Below, piece after piece: positions 18,688-27,939 of a stretch of DNA of 64,000 nucleotides. The stretch is taken from positions 140,574 to 204,573 of the forward strand of contig CACYZF010000002.1 in the NCBI GenBank assembly GCA_902778895.1. The letters are read 5' to 3'. The notes under the pieces are model-generated. The model was not told the origin of the DNA and did not search any database. It saw only the letters and a program-made list of their open reading frames with translations. Source of the stretch: an uncultured bacterium. GTDB taxonomy: Bacteria > Verrucomicrobiota > Lentisphaeria > Victivallales > UBA1829. The translations under genes and the position numbers were made by a program. Every line of letters starts with the position of its first letter. Positions within the stretch are counted from its first letter, which is position 1.

Positions 18688-20805
18688 ATGGCAAATACCG
18701 CACGCAACGCCGCCCTCGGACTGCTCCTCGGAGTCACGGCCGCGATCACCGCCGCCGCGGACGACGGCAGCAAGCTCTGGCTTCAGACGCCCATCCCCGC
18801 CAAAGTCACGCTGGAGGCCGACAAGCCCGTCAGCGACACTATGCATATCGCGCTTTCCGAACTCACCCGCTTCAAACAGCGCAACTGGGCGGTCATGACC
18901 GACAAACACCGCACCGACCTCGGCGACGAGGGCTTCGAGATCCGCATCATGGACAACACGGTCAAGATCATCGCGCAGACCGACCGCGGTCTCCTGTACG
19001 GCGCGTATCATCTGCTGCGGCATCAGGCGTGCGGCACCGTGGTCACGGACAATTTCCACGTCAAAGAGGTCCCGTACTACAAATACCGCATGCTGAATCA
19101 CTGGGACAACCTCGACGGCACCGTGGAACGCGGCTACGCCGGGAACTCCATCTGGAAATGGGACGAGCTCCCCGGGACCATCTCGCCGCGCTACGCCGAG
19201 TACGCCCGCGCCAACGCCTCGATCGGCATCAACGCGACCGTGCTGAACAACGTGAACGCGTCGCCGAAGATGCTCGAGACGGAGAATCTGGCGAAGGTGA
19301 AGGTCATCGCCGACGTGCTGCGTCCCTACGGCATCCGCGTCTTCCTCTCCGCGAACTTCGCCTCGCCCATGGTCATCGGCAAGCTGAAGGACGCCGACCC
19401 CGCGAAGCCCGAAGTCGCCGCCTGGTGGAAGGACAAGGCGAAGGAAATCTACGGCCTGATCCCCGATTTCGGCGGATTCCTGGTGAAGGCAAACAGCGAA
19501 GGCCAGCCCGGCCCGTGCGACTACGGCCGCACTCACGCCGAGGGCGCGAACGTCCTCGCCGACGCCCTGAAGCCTTACGGCGGCGTGGTCATCTGGCGCG
19601 CCTTCGTGTACGGACAGAAGCCGCAGGAACGCGTCCAGCAGGCCCTGCTTGAGTTCCAGCCGCTCGAAGGAAAGTTCCGCGACAACGTGATCGTGCAGGC
19701 GAAGAACGGCCCGCTCGACTTCCAGCCGTGCGAACCCTTCCACCCGATGTTCGGCAAGATCAAGAACATCCCGCTTGCCATCGAGCTCCAGATCACGCAG
19801 GAATACCTCGGCCAGTCCAACCACCTCGCCTACCTCGCCACGCTCTGGAAGGAAGTCCTCGACAGCGACACCTACCAGAACGGCCCCGGCAGCACCGTCG
19901 CGAAGAAGATCCACGAGTCCGGCATGATCGCCGGCGTGGCGAACATCGGCGACGACGTGAACTGGACCCGCCACCCGTTCGCCCAGGCCAACTGGTACGC
20001 GTTCGGACGCCTCGCGTGGAACCCGGACCTAAAGGCCGACGACATCGCGAAGGAATGGCTCGCGCAGACCTTCACCCCGAACGCCAAGTTCGTCGAGCCC
20101 GTCTGCGACATGATGATGAGCAGCGTCCCGGCCATCCGCCAGTACATGATGCCGCTCGGTCTCGCCCACATCTTCGCCTCCACGCTCGGCAACCACTACG
20201 GACCCGGCCCGTGGCTCTACCAGACCGGCAACGAGTCGTTCCTCAAGTACGCCTCGCTCCTCTCCACCAACGAGAACGTCCCCGGACGCAAGGTCTTCGA
20301 CGCCACCGAAACCGAGCTCGGCGCCGACCGCACGAAGAAGGGCACCGGCACCGTGATGCAGTACAACGCCCCGCTCTGCGACCAGTACAACGACCTGAAG
20401 ACCTGCCCCGAGCGCTACTGGCTCTGGTTCCACCGGATCGGCTGGAAACAGAAGATGCCCACCGGCGACACCTTCTGGGAACACCTCTGCGGCCAGTTCG
20501 AATCCGGCGCGAAGGTCGCCGCGACCTATCCCGCCATCTGGGAATCCGTCAAGATGTACGTCGATCCCGAACGCTACGACCTCGTGCTCGGCCGCCTGAA
20601 ACTCCAGGCCCGCGAGGCCGTCTGGTGGAAGGATGCCTGCATTCTCTTCTACCAGAGCGTCAACAAGCTGCCGTTGCCGCAAGGGATCACGCCGCCGATC
20701 TACGACCTCGCCAAGCTCAAAAAGATCAGCTTCCCCTCCAACGTGCATTTCTGCCCGAAACCTGAGGACGTGAACAAGGCCCTCGACGGCGCGCTCAAGA
20801 AGTAA
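18688..20805 (+). CDS. aguA: GH67 alpha-glucuronidase, secreted
   Basis: Signal peptide. GH67 blocks (YRMLNHWDN, FLVKANSEGQPGP, ELQITQEYLGQ). About 705 aa from the ATG at 18688. Confidence 0.85.
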   Translation: MANTARNAALGLLLGVTAAITAAADDGSKLWLQTPIPAKVTLEADKPVSDTMHIALSELTRFKQRNWAVMTDKHRTDLGDEGFEIRIMDNTVKIIAQTDRGLLYGAYHLLRHQACGTVVTDNFHVKEVPYYKYRMLNHWDNLDGTVERGYAGNSIWKWDELPGTISPRYAEYARANASIGINATVLNNVNASPKMLETENLAKVKVIADVLRPYGIRVFLSANFASPMVIGKLKDADPAKPEVAAWWKDKAKEIYGLIPDFGGFLVKANSEGQPGPCDYGRTHAEGANVLADALKPYGGVVIWRAFVYGQKPQERVQQALLEFQPLEGKFRDNVIVQAKNGPLDFQPCEPFHPMFGKIKNIPLAIELQITQEYLGQSNHLAYLATLWKEVLDSDTYQNGPGSTVAKKIHESGMIAGVANIGDDVNWTRHPFAQANWYAFGRLAWNPDLKADDIAKEWLAQTFTPNAKFVEPVCDMMMSSVPAIRQYMMPLGLAHIFASTLGNHYGPGPWLYQTGNESFLKYASLLSTNENVPGRKVFDATETELGADRTKKGTGTVMQYNAPLCDQYNDLKTCPERYWLWFHRIGWKQKMPTGDTFWEHLCGQFESGAKVAATYPAIWESVKMYVDPERYDLVLGRLKLQAREAVWWKDACILFYQSVNKLPLPQGITPPIYDLAKLKKISFPSNVHFCPKPEDVNKALDGALKK

Positions 20806-20825
20806 GGAGGCCTAGCCTTCTCTTG

Positions 20826-20851
20826 GGTAGTGCCGGGCTCCGCTCCGGCAC
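20826..20851 (+). repeat. stop-proximal conserved hairpin element, copy B (GTGCCGG-loop-CCGGCAC)
   Basis: CTAGCCTTCTCTTGGGTAGTGCCGGGCTCCGCTCCGGCAC aligns with the element after waaA. Stem substitutions are compensatory. Confidence 0.55.
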
Positions 20852-20867
20852 AAAAAACTACACAAAC

Positions 20868-20907
20868 ACGCCTCCGGGATGGCTGAACCTGTCCCGGAGT
20901 TTTTTTA
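20868..20907 (+). terminator. rho-independent terminator after aguA; copy 1 of a ~33-bp direct repeat
   Basis: ACGCCTCCGGGATGGCTGAACCTGTCCCGGAG followed by T7. Nearly identical copy at 21656-21688. Confidence 0.7.
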
Positions 20908-20937
20908 TAAAAAACAACCCTGTTTATGTTTTTTGGC

Positions 20938-20965
20938 TTGAAAAACCTAAGCGTAGGGTTATATT
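20938..20965 (+). promoter_or_regulatory. candidate promoter TTGAAA-N16-TATATT for the DUF4160/DUF2442 pair
   Basis: -35 at 20938-20943 and -10 at 20960-20965, 30 nt upstream of the ATG at 20996. Confidence 0.5.
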
Positions 20966-20995
20966 ATTGACAAAGTCTTTCCAGAACGGATTCCT

Positions 20996-21244
20996 ATGCC
21001 TAAGTTTTTCGCTTTTCTCGGTTTTTGGATCGGACGTTTTTCGGATGAGGAAAAGCGTCCCCATGTCCATGTGCTGAAGTTCGGCTCGGAGGAATCCATG
21101 AAGGTATGGCTTGAACCGGAGATCGAGGTGGAATATATCCACGGGATCAAAACCTCGACCGCAAATAAGATCCTGTCCGAAATAAGGAGCCGCAAAGATG
21201 AATGTCTCGAGCAATGGTATGCCTGTGAGCGCAAAAGTCGTTGA
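20996..21244 (+). CDS. DUF4160-family small protein
   Basis: 82 aa. FLGFWIGRFSDEEKRPHVHV..G..E.KVWLEP pattern fits DUF4160 (F.G..I.....DH.PPH.H). Low-GC segment. Confidence 0.7.
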   Translation: MPKFFAFLGFWIGRFSDEEKRPHVHVLKFGSEESMKVWLEPEIEVEYIHGIKTSTANKILSEIRSRKDECLEQWYACERKSR

Positions 21245-21635
21245 GCTGACGAATGACTATATGATGGTCAGTCATTGCGGCAGGATCTACCGCATCGACT
21301 TCGACCGCTATCCGTATTTCCGCAGTTGCTTCCTCAGTGAACTGTACAATGTTCAGGCGAGTGCGGATGGGCTTCACTGGCCCGACGCCGATATCGACCT
21401 TGAAGTAAAATACATCGAAAAACCGCCGGAGGAGGCGAGTGTCGTGGACGAGGAATGGTGGAAAGCGCAGAGGAAACGCCTTCTGGCACGCCTCGGTTCC
21501 GTCGGCGGTGCCGTGAAATCCGAGCGCAAGGCCGCCGCCAGCCGCCGCAACGGGTTGAAGGGCGGACGCCCGTGCAAACAGACGGGCAGGCGCAAAACAA
21601 CCGCAACGCGAAAAGCGACGCGCCCCACCGCCTGA
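21198..21635 (+). CDS. DUF2442-like small protein with basic C-terminal tail
   Basis: Overlaps the DUF4160 gene. V.L.....MV....G..YRIDF...P.F......EL..V....DGLHWPDADIDL pattern. Tail is KSERKAAASRRNGLKGGRP. The start may be the ATG at 21219. Confidence 0.6.
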   Translation: MNVSSNGMPVSAKVVELTNDYMMVSHCGRIYRIDFDRYPYFRSCFLSELYNVQASADGLHWPDADIDLEVKYIEKPPEEASVVDEEWWKAQRKRLLARLGSVGGAVKSERKAAASRRNGLKGGRPCKQTGRRKTTATRKATRPTA

Positions 21636-21655
21636 AAGACGCCTGAGTTACAAAA

Positions 21656-21697
21656 ACGCCTCCGGGACGGACTGAACCTGTCCCGGAGGCAATGTTT
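21656..21697. terminator. copy 2 of the ~33-bp repeat; bidirectional terminator
   Basis: ACGCCTCCGGGACGGACTGAACCTGTCCCGGAG. Flanked by an A5 run upstream and a T5 run a few nt downstream, so it can serve both the cassette (+) and the Sel1 gene (-). Confidence 0.6.
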
Positions 21698-21750
21698 TTA
21701 TCAGTTCATTTTCGGCGGATAGACCTGCCGATTATCAGCCTTTCAATTGC

Positions 21751-22605
21751 TTAAAGCCCCAATCTTTTTAAGATTTTTTTTGATTCCGGGTTTCCCAATT
21801 TTGCACTCTTGCGAAGCCATTTGATACCTTCCACTTTGTTCTCATTCACACCTTCCCCCAGCATATAACAACCTGAAAGAGCAGCCATAGCATACGCATT
21901 CCCCTGTTCCGCCGCCTTCCGATACCATTTGACGGCCTCCTCTTTGTCTTCTTCCACACCTTCGCCTTTGAAATAACAATTCCCGAGATTGGACTGCGCT
22001 TGCGGGATTCCCTGTTCAGCGACTATTCGAAACCATTTGACGGCCTCCTCTTTGTCTTCGTCGACGCCTTCGCCGCTCATAAGACAAACGGCCAATTGGT
22101 TCTGCGCTTCCGGGATTCCCTGTTCCGCCGCCTTGCGATACCATTTGACGGCTTCCTCTTTGTTCTCTTCCACACCCTCGCCGTCATAGTAACAATAGCC
22201 AAGGCCGCACTGTCCCTTCGCGTGATCCTGTTCGGCGGCTTTGCGATAATACTCAAAGGCAACGCCATAGTCTTTGCTTATGCCTTCGCCGTGATAGCAA
22301 CATCTCCCGAACATAAATTGAGCGTCAGCGTGCCCCTGTTCGGCGGCTTTGCGATACCAGTCGGCGGCGGCAAAGAAATCTTTTCTTACGCCGTTGCCGT
22401 TATAATAGCATTCGGCGAGCTTGTATTGCGCCTCGGAATCGCCCTGCATCGCGGCCTCATAGTACCCCTTCGCCGGTTCTCCCACATGGAACCAGTAGAA
22501 GAGGAAGCCCGCGCCCCCCAGGAGCATGAGAACTAAAACAAGGATAAACACAACCAGTCCGGAGCGTTTGCCCCGGCTTTGATTCTCCAGCTCTGTTCCG
22601 TTCAC
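21751..22605 (-). CDS. Sel1-like repeat (SLR/TPR-like) protein, membrane anchored
   Basis: N-terminal TM helix, then about six repeats of AV.WYRKAAEQG...AQ..LG.CY..GEGV..D. Confidence 0.85.
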   Translation of the reverse strand: MNGTELENQSRGKRSGLVVFILVLVLMLLGGAGFLFYWFHVGEPAKGYYEAAMQGDSEAQYKLAECYYNGNGVRKDFFAAADWYRKAAEQGHADAQFMFGRCCYHGEGISKDYGVAFEYYRKAAEQDHAKGQCGLGYCYYDGEGVEENKEEAVKWYRKAAEQGIPEAQNQLAVCLMSGEGVDEDKEEAVKWFRIVAEQGIPQAQSNLGNCYFKGEGVEEDKEEAVKWYRKAAEQGNAYAMAALSGCYMLGEGVNENKVEGIKWLRKSAKLGNPESKKILKRLGL

Positions 22606-22676
22606 AAACTACCTCCGAAGAAACAGACGTTTATTCTTTTTGCCCGGTCGAACCCCGGGCGGCTTTTTTGTTTCGC

Positions 22677-23024
22677 TTAGTTGAAGCCGTCGCGGCGCTC
22701 CGCGATCATGGTGCGGGCGAGGTCCTGAAGGATCAGCGAACCCTTCACGTCGAATCCGATCTCGGCGTTCCAGTCGGTGCGCTCGGTGAGCCAGTGGATC
22801 AGCTCCACGTTGGCCCACGGGACCACGCGGACGGTTTCCTGCCCCACGTTGATCTGGTTTTTCATACCGTCCACGATGCGTGCGAAGTGGAACGAACGCC
22901 CCTGCACGGCGATGTAGCTTTCGTTCTCCTCGACCACGCGTCCGATGAGGATGTGCGTGTGCGCGCCGGGATAGTCTTTCTTGCAGCGGAGACGGATCGT
23001 TTTTCCCTTCAGATAGTTGGTCAT
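22677..23024 (-). CDS. hypothetical protein (115 aa)
   Basis: ATG at 23024 is preceded by AGGAGG with 6-nt spacing. Host-like codon bias; no family recognised. Confidence 0.6.
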   Translation of the reverse strand: MTNYLKGKTIRLRCKKDYPGAHTHILIGRVVEENESYIAVQGRSFHFARIVDGMKNQINVGQETVRVVPWANVELIHWLTERTDWNAEIGFDVKGSLILQDLARTMIAERRDGFN

Positions 23025-23269
23025 TCTGTACCTCCTGATACGGCGGTTCGCCAATTGTTTAATGGTTGTGCGGATTGCATTCAGCTATACTATACCGCCA
23101 TTTTGCGAAAAAGAAATGGCGGAACAGCATTTTTGTGCGTTTTTTCCGGCATCCGCGGGAATCCGCCGCGCAAAATCTTGAAAAAGCCGGAAAAGAAACT
23201 ATATTTAATACCCGAATTCGATGAAATAAGGCGGCATCCGCCGTATCACAGGAAAGGAATCCCCTCCGC

Positions 23270-24268
23270 ATGTCCGAGAATCAGAACAATGACAGGACGA
23301 AACTTTCGGTCTTCAGCCTGGTGCTGGCACAGGTCGTCATCGCCGTCGTCGCGATCGCCGTCCGGGCGATGGTCCACCGGGAACCGCCCCCGACCGTGCA
23401 GTCGCTGATGGCCGCGCTGAACGTCCCGGCGACGGTATCCGTGAACGAGGGAATGCGCGAAGCCGTGCAGGAGAGTTTCCAGAACGAATTTTCCGCGCTG
23501 TACGGGATCGACCTGACGGAGGACGAGGCCGCGTATTTCTCGAACCTGCTTCAGGAAAGCAATGCCGAATTCGAGACCGAGCCGTTCCTCCGCGACGCGA
23601 TCAGAAGCGAATGCATCCGCCGGAGCCTTTCCGAAGAAACCATGCTCCGTCAGCTTCTGGGCATCCGCGACCCCGCCGAACAGGAGAAGATCCGCGCCGA
23701 GTGGACCGCCGCGGGACAGGCGGCGATACTGAGGTCGGAGGAATTCATCCGCGCCATGGAGCCGGCCTACCGGAAGTTCTACGAATGGTGGACGCCGCGC
23801 CATCCCGAGTATGAGGGCGTTGCCTGCGGCATCACGCTCACGGATGACCATGACGCGCTGATGGATCAGATCGCGGTGTCGCTCCGGCGCGAGCTCATCG
23901 TCCGCACGGCGCAGGAACTTTCGGAACACCTCGAAACCGATCTGCGCCAGCATGGAAAGGTGCTCTCCGACGCAAAGATGCAGCAGGCGTTCGCGCTCTT
24001 CCTGCGCCTCGGCAAGGAACGCTACACGGCGGAACGCGCGCGCAAGATCGTGGACGCCATCGTGAAGGATGCCAAGCTCAGCGACGATGAGATCCTGCAC
24101 TGCCTGCTCCTGAAGGACCGCAAGCTCTCCGAGGAACGCCTCGGGATTATTCAGGACGTCCAGATGCGCTACCTGACGACCAGCACGCTCGACGGCATCC
24201 CGCCGGAGACCGTTTCCGCGATCCAGAAGGAACTCCAGGCAATCACGGGCCTCGAATCCGCACAGTAA
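23270..24268 (+). CDS. hypothetical membrane-anchored helical protein
   Basis: 332 aa, one N-terminal TM helix (LSVFSLVLAQVVIAVVAIAV), the rest helical and charged. No family recognised. Confidence 0.6.
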   Translation: MSENQNNDRTKLSVFSLVLAQVVIAVVAIAVRAMVHREPPPTVQSLMAALNVPATVSVNEGMREAVQESFQNEFSALYGIDLTEDEAAYFSNLLQESNAEFETEPFLRDAIRSECIRRSLSEETMLRQLLGIRDPAEQEKIRAEWTAAGQAAILRSEEFIRAMEPAYRKFYEWWTPRHPEYEGVACGITLTDDHDALMDQIAVSLRRELIVRTAQELSEHLETDLRQHGKVLSDAKMQQAFALFLRLGKERYTAERARKIVDAIVKDAKLSDDEILHCLLLKDRKLSEERLGIIQDVQMRYLTTSTLDGIPPETVSAIQKELQAITGLESAQ

Positions 24269-24320
24269 ACAAACCGTCCGCCGCACACTCCAACCTCAAA
24301 AGAAGGCCACGCACACGATC

Positions 24321-25151
24321 ATGCCGGACAACGCCCCCGCCCCCACGCCGCTTTTCACCAAAGACGAACTCAAGCAGTTCCGTTACAAATGTTCGCACAA
24401 GCTCGCCGTCTCCATGACGGTCGGTGCAATCTATCTGCTCGGCATGACCGTGTTCTTCGTGAACAAGGCCGCGCACAACGCCGGCGGGCAGGACAAGCTC
24501 CAGTATTACGGGTTCGCCGCCGCGGGCTACATCGTCATCGTCGGCCTCGTCGCCATGATCGTGCGCCGCAGCCAGTCGCTCAATTTCTCGCGGTTCCTGC
24601 AGGGATGCGTCCGGTTCGACAACTTCGGATACATGCTCGAATACGTCGAGCTGCGCATGCCGGAACCCTTCTCGCCGCGCTTCCTGAAGTACCCTGTGCA
24701 TCTGATGATCCTCGGCAAGGTGCTGGAACACTCCGAAAAGAAGGAAAATGTCGAGGCCGGGCGCCGCATGGTCGCCGCCTCGGCCGACCGCGATCCCGCG
24801 CTGGAGCCGTACCGCGAAGCCGAGCTCGCCGACCTGATGAAGTATCACGAAACGTTTCTGGCGGCGCACCAGGAGATGATCCGCGAATGGAGCAACGCCG
24901 AGAGTTTCCACGCCCTGCTGGTGCACCTCATCCTGCCCGTCGTGATCATCGTAGGCATCATCTCCTTCATTCTGAAAGGCTGCGAACCGCCCGATCCCGA
25001 GGCGCTGGAAGGAAACGCGAAAAAGCCCGCCGCGGAATCCGTACAGAAAACGGATGCCGCCGCATCCTCGAATGAAGTAAAAACGGAAGCCGCGCCCGCC
25101 GTCGAAGCGAAAGAAACGGTCACTGCGCCGGAGACTGCTCCACAGGCTTGA
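24321..25151 (+). CDS. hypothetical integral membrane protein
   Basis: 276 aa with about three predicted TM helices and a K/E/A-rich C-terminal tail. No family recognised. Confidence 0.6.
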   Translation: MPDNAPAPTPLFTKDELKQFRYKCSHKLAVSMTVGAIYLLGMTVFFVNKAAHNAGGQDKLQYYGFAAAGYIVIVGLVAMIVRRSQSLNFSRFLQGCVRFDNFGYMLEYVELRMPEPFSPRFLKYPVHLMILGKVLEHSEKKENVEAGRRMVAASADRDPALEPYREAELADLMKYHETFLAAHQEMIREWSNAESFHALLVHLILPVVIIVGIISFILKGCEPPDPEALEGNAKKPAAESVQKTDAAASSNEVKTEAAPAVEAKETVTAPETAPQA

Positions 25152-26016
25152 CCGCAGCCTTCATGGTCAGCAGGTCGGCCGCCAGACGCAGCACGGGATC
25201 GCCGTCGAGCTTATCCGGGGATTCCTTCAGCTCGTCGAAGCTCAGGCGCACGTCGGATTGTTTCTCCAGATCGGGCTTCAGCGCATACGGGGAAATGTCC
25301 TGAAAGCCCTCCGCCGGGATATCGGGCACGAACCACGCGACGTCGTTGACATAGATGCGCTTCACGGGGAAAACGGACCCCGCGGTCTCCGTGCCGATCA
25401 GGACGGCTCCGCAGTCGCGCCGCAGGAGCGCCGCCAGGATTTCGCCGGGCCCCTTCGTTTTGCCGGAGATCAGCACCATGACCGGACATTTGAGCTTGCG
25501 GACGGACTCCGCCAGAGGTTCCTCGAAACCGTAGTCTCCGTAAAATGCATTCCGCAGGTCGAGGATCACACCGGACGCATCTGCCTTACCGCTTCTTCCG
25601 TCGAGCGCTTTCACCGCCTCGGGCACGGTCAGCGCCGTCAGGCCGTCGAACCGGAGATACAGGAACTTCCTCGCGGCAAGCTCAAGCGCCGGATAGTCTT
25701 TCACTTCGGCATTCTGCCCGATCGCGGCGGTTTTCCCGTTCCCGTTTCCAACGCTGGACGCCAGGACCGCGCCGCTGTCCAGCGCGCGCATCACACGGGC
25801 AAGCGCCTCTTCGCGCGGGAGCTCCGCCATGCGGCGGTAGGTCTCCGGCGCTTCGTCCTGAATTGCCTCGATCAGATCGACGATCCGTTCCTCCAGCGTG
25901 AGCGGGGGGATGACCCGGCGTTCGGGTTCATCCGGTATATCGTCGGCGAAAACGGGCGCGGACAGGAACAACAGAACCGGCAGGCAGACTGCCGAGGCAA
26001 AAGAAAGCGGTTTCAT
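25120..26016 (-). CDS. S41 (C-terminal processing peptidase)-like domain protein, apparently lacking the catalytic dyad
   Basis: Signal peptide from the ATG at 26016. VILDLRN..YGDY and PVMVLISGKTKGPGEILAALL align to the S41 core, but the SASA(S/A)E serine and TFGKG lysine positions read KTKGPGE and TAGSVF. Confidence 0.55.
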   Translation of the reverse strand: MKPLSFASAVCLPVLLFLSAPVFADDIPDEPERRVIPPLTLEERIVDLIEAIQDEAPETYRRMAELPREEALARVMRALDSGAVLASSVGNGNGKTAAIGQNAEVKDYPALELAARKFLYLRFDGLTALTVPEAVKALDGRSGKADASGVILDLRNAFYGDYGFEEPLAESVRKLKCPVMVLISGKTKGPGEILAALLRRDCGAVLIGTETAGSVFPVKRIYVNDVAWFVPDIPAEGFQDISPYALKPDLEKQSDVRLSFDELKESPDKLDGDPVLRLAADLLTMKAAVKPVEQSPAQ

Positions 26017-26125
26017 GGGATTCGGACTCCATCGGGAAAGGTTTGCGCGGCAAAAATAACAGGCGGAGCGGACGCCGCACACTATCTAATATTGCCGCAA
26101 ATAACAGTTTTTCAAGCGCGTCCGG

Positions 26126-26154
26126 TTGATTTTTGGAAAAAAGCGCTGTAAATT
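26126..26154 (+). promoter_or_regulatory. candidate promoter TTGATT-N17-TAAATT
   Basis: AT-rich island in the divergent intergenic region upstream of the flavoprotein gene. Confidence 0.4.
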
Positions 26155-26213
26155 ATTTGAACGAACATGATCCCCAGATAATCCGCCACGTTTCCAACTC
26201 GTTTCCTCCATCC

Positions 26214-27797
26214 ATGACCATCACGATTGACCTGCCGCCCATCCCAGCCGCGAAAGCCGGTTCCGGCATCGACCGCGAACTCGCGCCGTTCATCGCGCGC
26301 GCTGTGCGCGTCCGCCCGGAAGACGTGCTGGACTACCGGATCGTGCGGAAGAGCATCGACGCGCGGAAGAAGCCCGCCGTGGCACTGCTGTTCCGCGCGG
26401 ACGTCGATCTGGCGGAAGGTGTGCGTCCGATCGGCAATCCGAATATCAGGCCGTACACTCCGCGTGAAGTCTACCGTCCTTTCAAGGGGAAAACGTCCCT
26501 GAAGAATCCGCTCGTGATCGGCGCGGGCCCCGCGGGGCTTTTCGCCGCGCTGGTCCTGGCGCAGGCAGGATGCACGCCCGTCGTGCTGGAACGCGGCCGC
26601 GACGTGGACCGCCGCAGACGCGACATCGAGGCGTTCCGTGCCTCGCGCACGCCCGACCCGGAGAGCAACTACCTGTACGGCGAAGGCGGCGCGGGCACAT
26701 GGTCCGACGGAAAGCTCTTCACTCGTATCCACGAGCCCGCCGTCATGTACGTGCTGGAAACGCTCGCGGAATGCGGCGCGGACCCGTCGATCACGTATTT
26801 CAGCCATCCGCACCTCGGATCCGACCGTCTGCCCGGCATCATCGCCGCCCTCCGCGAAAAGATCAAACGCCTCGGCGGAACGTTCCGCTGGGATTCGCGC
26901 GTCGAAGAGCTGCTGATCCGCGACGGCGTATGCCGCGGCGTGCGTCTGGCGAACGGCGAAACGCTCGAATCGGACGTGGTGATCACGGCCGCCGGGCACA
27001 GCGCCCGCACGTTCACGCGCTCGCTTTTCGGTCGCGTGAAGTCGTCCATGAAGGGCTTCCAAGTCGGCATCCGCATCGAACATCCGCAGGAGTTCATCAA
27101 CGCCGCGCAGTACGGCATGGTGATCCCGCCGGATTCCGTCGGCTCCGCCCCGTACCAGGTCGTCAGCCGTCCCTCGCAGGACGGACGCATCGACGGTGCC
27201 GCGAGTTTCTGCATGTGCCCCGGCGGCGAGATCATCGCGGCCGTGACCGACGCCGACCATCTCTCGACAAACGGCATGAGCAACGCCGCACGCGACGGCC
27301 AGTTCGCCAACGCCGCGCTCATCACCACGATCCCCGCCGGCACGTTCGCCTCCCCCGGCGACGCGTTCGCATTCCTCGACGACCTCGAAGTCTGGCTTGC
27401 GCAGGCGGGCGGCGGCGGATGCGTCGCCCCGGCACAGACCGCGCGCGATTTCCTGAACGGGAAAACCGGACGGCTCCCCTCCGAAACCTCCTACTGCTTC
27501 GGCCTCGCGCCTGCCCGGCTCGACTCCATCATGCCCGCTCCGGTCACGGCGTCCCTGCGGCGCGCGCTCGTTCATTTCGACTCCATCATGCCCGGCTTCC
27601 TCGACCGGGGCGTGATGATCGGCGGCGAAACGCACGTGTCAAGTCCGGTGCGGTTCGATCGCGACCGCGAGACGTACAGATCAAGCGTGAACGGGCTGTA
27701 TTTCTGCGGCGAAGGCGCGGGATTCGCGGGCGGGATCGTGTCCGCCGCCGTGGACGGTCTGCACACCGCCGACGCCGTGCTGGCGAACCATCCGTAA
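26214..27797 (+). CDS. FAD-dependent oxidoreductase, COG2509 family
   Basis: VIGAGPAGLFAALVLAQAGCTPVVLERG dinucleotide-binding motif, then GEGGAGTWSDGKL and C-terminal CGEGAGFAGGIVSAAVDG, typical of COG2509. Confidence 0.75.
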   Translation: MTITIDLPPIPAAKAGSGIDRELAPFIARAVRVRPEDVLDYRIVRKSIDARKKPAVALLFRADVDLAEGVRPIGNPNIRPYTPREVYRPFKGKTSLKNPLVIGAGPAGLFAALVLAQAGCTPVVLERGRDVDRRRRDIEAFRASRTPDPESNYLYGEGGAGTWSDGKLFTRIHEPAVMYVLETLAECGADPSITYFSHPHLGSDRLPGIIAALREKIKRLGGTFRWDSRVEELLIRDGVCRGVRLANGETLESDVVITAAGHSARTFTRSLFGRVKSSMKGFQVGIRIEHPQEFINAAQYGMVIPPDSVGSAPYQVVSRPSQDGRIDGAASFCMCPGGEIIAAVTDADHLSTNGMSNAARDGQFANAALITTIPAGTFASPGDAFAFLDDLEVWLAQAGGGGCVAPAQTARDFLNGKTGRLPSETSYCFGLAPARLDSIMPAPVTASLRRALVHFDSIMPGFLDRGVMIGGETHVSSPVRFDRDRETYRSSVNGLYFCGEGAGFAGGIVSAAVDGLHTADAVLANHP

Positions 27798-27869
27798 TCC
27801 TTCTACGCCGTTATCGTTTCAGCCTGTACGCTTCCCTCTTTTTTACGGATTGAAAAACACGAATCGCAT

Positions 27870-27898
27870 TTGCAAACCTCGCGCACAGGTGATATATT
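27870..27898 (+). promoter_or_regulatory. candidate promoter TTGCAA-N17-TATATT upstream of the kinase gene
   Basis: -35 at 27870-27875 and -10 at 27893-27898, about 40 nt before the ATG at 27940. Confidence 0.5.
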
Positions 27899-27939
27899 AT
27901 TTTTATATTTCCGTTATCCCCTGATACAAGGACCGCCCC

